Shown in pieces: positions 60,028-64,000 of a stretch of DNA of 64,000 nt (its first letter is position 1; each line of letters opens with the position of its first letter). A model generated the notes under the pieces. It saw nothing but the letters and a program-made list of their open reading frames with translations. It was not told where the DNA came from and did no database searches. This DNA comes from Clostridia bacterium (GTDB lineage: Bacteria; Bacillota; Clostridia; TANB77; UBA1234). The stretch covers positions 268-64,267 of the forward strand of contig CAAEBC010000038.1 of assembly GCA_900753975.1 (NCBI GenBank), given 5' to 3'. A program made the position numbers and the translations under genes.

Positions 60028-60306
60028 ATGCGTGAAAAGAAAAAGGAGAGTAAGGATTTTAAAGAAAGGGTTGGAACGGCACTTGAAATGCCACTTGATA
60101 TGATAAATGGATGTAGTAGGATTACGATTATTGGGAATAGGCTTATGTATTTGGAGAATTATAAAGGAATTATTGAGTATGAGGAAAATGTGATTAGACT
60201 TAGTAATGATATCAATGTATTTGGAACGAAGCTTAATATAGAAGAGATAAATGATGACGATATTTTGATTAGTGGAAATATTAGAAATGTTGAATTTGAA
60301 ACTTAA
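60028..60306 (+). CDS. yqfC: Sporulation protein YqfC
   Basis: 92 aa. The segment ITIIGNRLMYLENYKGIIEYEENVIRL is typical of YqfC. Lies immediately upstream of yqfD. Confidence 0.85.
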   Translation: MREKKKESKDFKERVGTALEMPLDMINGCSRITIIGNRLMYLENYKGIIEYEENVIRLSNDINVFGTKLNIEEINDDDILISGNIRNVEFET

Positions 60307-60320
60307 ATCTTGGAGGTATT

Positions 60321-61506
60321 ATGTTTTTAGATAAAACAGCAAGTAAAGTTAAAGGATATGTAAATATAAGTGTTTGCGGATTTTTTGTTGAGAGATTTTT
60401 AAATCTTGCACTTAAAGATGATATAAAGCTTTGGAATCTTAAAAGAGACGTTGATTTGGAAGTGAAAGCATCTGTCAGTATTTTTGATTATAAAAAGCTT
60501 GTAAAAATAGCTAAAAAGACAGGTTGCAAAATAAGCATTGTAAAAAAAGTTGGTATCCCATTTTTATTATTGAAATATAAGAAAAGAAAAGCTTTTGCTA
60601 TTTTTTCAATTATGATTGCAATTTTTATATATGTTTATGGATTACATGTTTGGAATATAGAAATTGTGGGTGATTTTACATTTCCGATTGAAGATATTAA
60701 AAGTGAACTTATTATGGAGAATGTCAGAATTGGTGTTTTAAAAAATTCTTTGGATGTGCCTAGAATTAAAAATAATATATACATGAGGAGACATGATATC
60801 GCATGGATAGGAATCTCTTTTAAAGGGACTAAAGCGATAGTTGAGATAGTTGAGGCGAATCTAAAAAAGATTGATGAGTTTGATAAAGTCCCATGTAATA
60901 TTATTTGCACTAAAGACGGAGTTGTACAAAAAATAAATGTTTTAGAAGGAACGGCGATTGTTGAACCACGGAGATATTGTAAAATCTGGCGACATACTTA
61001 TACGTGGGGTTATGACAAGTAAAACCGGTGAAGATAGGTTAGTAAGTGCAAAAGGAAGTGCTTTAATTAAGACTTGGTATGAAACTAAAATGAAATTTCC
61101 TTATGAAAGGGATATTGTTTCAAAGAGTGGAAGAAAGGAGAATTCATATATTTTAGAAATAAAAAATTCTAAAATAAATTTAGTAAATAACGATACAAAA
61201 TTTGAAAAGTATGATACAATAAATTCGTGCAATAACTTGGTACTTTTAGGAAGGTTTGTGTTACCAATTAAACTTACAAAAATAGTACGTGAAGAGTTAT
61301 GCATTGATACATTAAAATATACTAAAGAGCAAGCTATTTTAAATGCTAAAAATGAAGTTACGAATAATGTTGTAAATAAACTTTGTGGTAGTGGCGAAGT
61401 TGTTAATACAAAAGTAGATGTAGTAGAAGATGAAGATGGCATTATAACTATGGTTACAGTAGAATGCATAGAAAATGTAGGAATAAAACGAAAGTTGGAG
61501 GAATAA
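60321..61506 (+). pseudogene. yqfD: Sporulation protein YqfD (stage IV) interrupted by a +1 frameshift near 60966-60971
   Basis: ORFs 60321-61022 and 60958-61506 overlap in different frames. Skipping one base (for example C60969) yields a continuous ...EGTAIVEPGDIVKSGDILIRGVM..., which matches the conserved YqfD segment. Confidence 0.75.
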
Positions 61507-61509
61507 AAG

Positions 61510-62715
61510 ATGGCAGATGTGCAATTAAAACTAGTTAAAAAAACTAATGATGGCGTGTTTGGAAAAGCTATTAATAATTTTAATAAAATACTTTATTCAC
61601 CAAGTAGTAGCTTTTTTAATATTGCTATTAATTCTAAGAGAAATACTGTTGTTAAGAATTTTCTTTTAAGTGAAAGTTATGAAAAAAATGTTAATGAAAA
61701 AAAGAAAAATCATTTTATGTCAAAGTATGAAAAAAACTATGAGACATATCTTGGAATGCTTGAAAATTACATAACTGACACGGTTTATAACAAAGTAAAA
61801 AAAGAAGTTAGTTCACTTAAAGAAAATCAATTACTTTCTAGTTATTATGAGCTCATAGCTCTTAAGAGCACTGATTTTGTTGAGTACAAATATAGGAGAC
61901 AAACACTTCTTTTAGCAATGGATTGGGATAACGTTATCTCAAATAAATCTAATGCTTTTGTTGAAAAATATAAGAAGTTTTATCTTTCTGTTTGTGAGCA
62001 ACTTTATAAAGCTCTTATGAGACACTATGCTATAAATCTTACTGATGCGACAAAGGATAAAGCTCAGACTTATTCACACATATATAACTTGATAGAAGAT
62101 TACATAAAAGTAATTTTGCCATTTCAAGAAGAGACAGAAACTAATAAGCGAATTATAGAAGTATATAAAAATCAAATTATGACGATAGATACCTATAATA
62201 AAAAATCATATAGTGAGATTAAAAGAAGTATGCTTCTTTTAGAGCTTAGCAAGTTTATGTTTGCATACAGTTTGCCAATGGTTGCTTTAGATCAATGTTA
62301 TGTTGAACTTATCGAAGCTGCTAGGACAGCTATTATGAATACATATTTAGATGCGGACAAGTTTGAAGTATATCAACTATTAATTGATTTAATAGAAAGT
62401 TACAATCTTAATGTTTTATCTAAAAAGATATATTGGGAAACTGATATGGAAAAAGAAGAATATATGCGTTTCTTTAATAAATATCAAGAATTCAAAAAAT
62501 TAGAAAGAATTGATTATGCTGAGTATATAAGACTTCGTGAAGTTCATTTTATAATGGACGATTTACAAAAAATTAAACAGGATAAAAAATACGAAGAAGT
62601 AAGAAAATATTATCGTGAAAGAATGAAACAACAAAAAGGATTTAAAGTTCTTAGCAAAAAGCCAAATCTGATGAAAGGTTCTTGGAGAACTAAAAGAAGA
62701 TTAGCAGCTGATTAA
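61510..62715 (+). CDS. Hypothetical protein (401 aa, predicted helical, basic C-terminus)
   Basis: GGAGG RBS. Tightly packed between yqfD and ybeY. No family recognised. Confidence 0.6.
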   Translation: MADVQLKLVKKTNDGVFGKAINNFNKILYSPSSSFFNIAINSKRNTVVKNFLLSESYEKNVNEKKKNHFMSKYEKNYETYLGMLENYITDTVYNKVKKEVSSLKENQLLSSYYELIALKSTDFVEYKYRRQTLLLAMDWDNVISNKSNAFVEKYKKFYLSVCEQLYKALMRHYAINLTDATKDKAQTYSHIYNLIEDYIKVILPFQEETETNKRIIEVYKNQIMTIDTYNKKSYSEIKRSMLLLELSKFMFAYSLPMVALDQCYVELIEAARTAIMNTYLDADKFEVYQLLIDLIESYNLNVLSKKIYWETDMEKEEYMRFFNKYQEFKKLERIDYAEYIRLREVHFIMDDLQKIKQDKKYEEVRKYYRERMKQQKGFKVLSKKPNLMKGSWRTKRRLAAD

Positions 62716-62746
62716 TGTTTTGACAAATTATAAGAGGAGTATAAAA

Positions 62747-63214
62747 ATGATTGAAGTAAATTATAATGCAATTAGCGAGCTTCCAAACGAAGAAAAACTT
62801 ATAAAAGAAGTTGTAAGTAGAGTACTAGAAGAAGAAAAAGTTTTACCAGAGGTTGATGTTTACATCACTTTAACAAATAATGAAGAGATTCATAAAATAA
62901 ATAAAGAGTACAGAGATGTGGACAGGCCTACTGATGTGCTATCTTTTCCGATGTATGAAAGAGATGAGATTGCAGGCTTAAAAAATGATACAGATGATGA
63001 GATTGAAAAAATTTTAGGAGATATTATAGTTTCTATTGAAAAGGTAAGAGAACAAGCCGAAGAGTATGGACATTCTTTTGAAAGGGAACTTGCTTACCTT
63101 GTAACTCATGGAATGCTTCATTTACTAGGCTATGATCACATGATAGAAGAGGAAAAGGCAGTTATGAGAAAACGAGAAGAAGAAATTTTAGAAACTTTAA
63201 ATATCACAAGATAA
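62747..63214 (+). CDS. ybeY: rRNA maturation endoribonuclease YbeY
   Basis: AAGAGGAG RBS before the ATG at 62747. Metal-binding motif HGMLHLLGYDH. Confidence 0.93.
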   Translation: MIEVNYNAISELPNEEKLIKEVVSRVLEEEKVLPEVDVYITLTNNEEIHKINKEYRDVDRPTDVLSFPMYERDEIAGLKNDTDDEIEKILGDIIVSIEKVREQAEEYGHSFERELAYLVTHGMLHLLGYDHMIEEEKAVMRKREEEILETLNITR

Positions 63215-63245
63215 AATTCATAAATGTAGAAAGGAATGAATAATA

Positions 63246-64000
63246 TTGGATAAGAAGAGTATAGTAATACTTTCAGTTGTAGGTGTTATACTTATTTTAG
63301 TAATTGTTTTTTCTTTAAGTGTTTTGTTTAGAAATCCAAATAATGAAACAAAATCTGGAGATGTTTTAGGAGTTTCAGATATCCCAAGTGGTGAGTTATC
63401 TGGTGAAAACGTATCTGGTGAAAGTGGTGAAATTGAAGAATCAGTAGACGAGCCAAAGATATTTAGTGGTGATGCCAGACCAATAGCTGTCATGATAGAT
63501 AACGAAAAAGGTGCTTGGCCACAAGCTGGATTAAATGATGCGTATATGATATACGAAATCACAGTTGAAGGTGGAGAAACTAGATTTATTGCATTTTTCA
63601 AAGGACAAGATACTGCAAAAATAGGACCAGTAAGAAGTTCAAGACATTATTTTCTTGACTATGTTTTAGAACATGATGCTATATATGTACATTTTGGTTG
63701 GAGCCCTCTTGCACAGTCTAACATAAAGACATTTGGAATAAATAATATCAACGGAATATATGATAATTTTTATTGGAGAGAATTACCAAAAGGTTCATAT
63801 CATAACGCATTTACAAGTATGTCAAACATAATGAAATTTGCAACTAGAAAAAAATATAGAACCACTTCGGACAAAGAATGCGTAGTAAAATTTAATGATA
63901 AAGACACAAATATTGAAAGTGAAATGACAGCAAATAACGTAAAAATAAAGTATTCTTATGTTCAAAATACTTCTTACGTATATGATAAAGATAGAAAAGT
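63246..64000 (+). CDS. DUF3048-domain (YerB-like) membrane-anchored protein, 3' end outside the window
   Basis: The frame is open from the TTG at 63246 to the end of the window (not in the ORF track). N-terminal TM segment, then RPIAVMIDNEKGAWPQAGLNDAYMIYEITVEGGETRFIAFF, typical of DUF3048. Confidence 0.7.
   Translation, partial: MDKKSIVILSVVGVILILVIVFSLSVLFRNPNNETKSGDVLGVSDIPSGELSGENVSGESGEIEESVDEPKIFSGDARPIAVMIDNEKGAWPQAGLNDAYMIYEITVEGGETRFIAFFKGQDTAKIGPVRSSRHYFLDYVLEHDAIYVHFGWSPLAQSNIKTFGINNINGIYDNFYWRELPKGSYHNAFTSMSNIMKFATRKKYRTTSDKECVVKFNDKDTNIESEMTANNVKIKYSYVQNTSYVYDKDRK

Overview
This is a low-GC (about 25-30% G+C in hand-counted samples) chromosomal segment of a Firmicutes/Clostridia-type spore-former. 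It carries yqfC/yqfD, an SLH-domain wall protein, and ORFs that often start with TTG or GTG. Most genes are on the + strand and are housekeeping: gpmI (3' end), eno, two acyl-CoA synthetase paralogs, mutS2, an SPFH/NfeD pair, a GH18 hydrolase, greA, an OpuC-type osmoprotectant ABC transporter, an OmpR-type two-component system, ftsY, rimO, pgsA, lysS, an M50 protease, tsaD, tig-clpP-clpX, polC, mfd, a TrmH-type methyltransferase, recJ, relA, tRNA-Leu(CAA), tRNA-Cys(GCA), yqfC/yqfD and ybeY. No rRNA genes, CRISPR array or cas genes were seen. The features worth a second look are these. (1) Between clpX/DUF951 and polC lies a small island. It holds an orphan unit on the minus strand with a near-consensus promoter and a strong terminator but no credible ORF, and with internally repeated sequence (a candidate sRNA). 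It also holds an IS3-family element inserted exactly in the loop of a terminator hairpin, and a G+C-richer acidic protein with two HTH-like segments. (2) Two tandem G+C-rich paralogous genes of unknown function, plus a NifU-like/GGGtGRT pair and an LRR lipoprotein, are wedged between gpmI and eno. (3) The 9-mer TTATGTAAA sits in the same promoter-spacer register at three of the compositionally atypical units. (4) A dispersed GGGACGG-box repeat family occurs four times, and two 76-nt direct copies bracket the SLH gene next to the tRNAs. (5) There is a stand-alone Abi_2 gene. (6) Two genes carry +1 frameshifts in similar A-C-GG contexts and one carries an in-frame TAA. Function calls come from recognising the translated ORFs by eye, and no database search was run.
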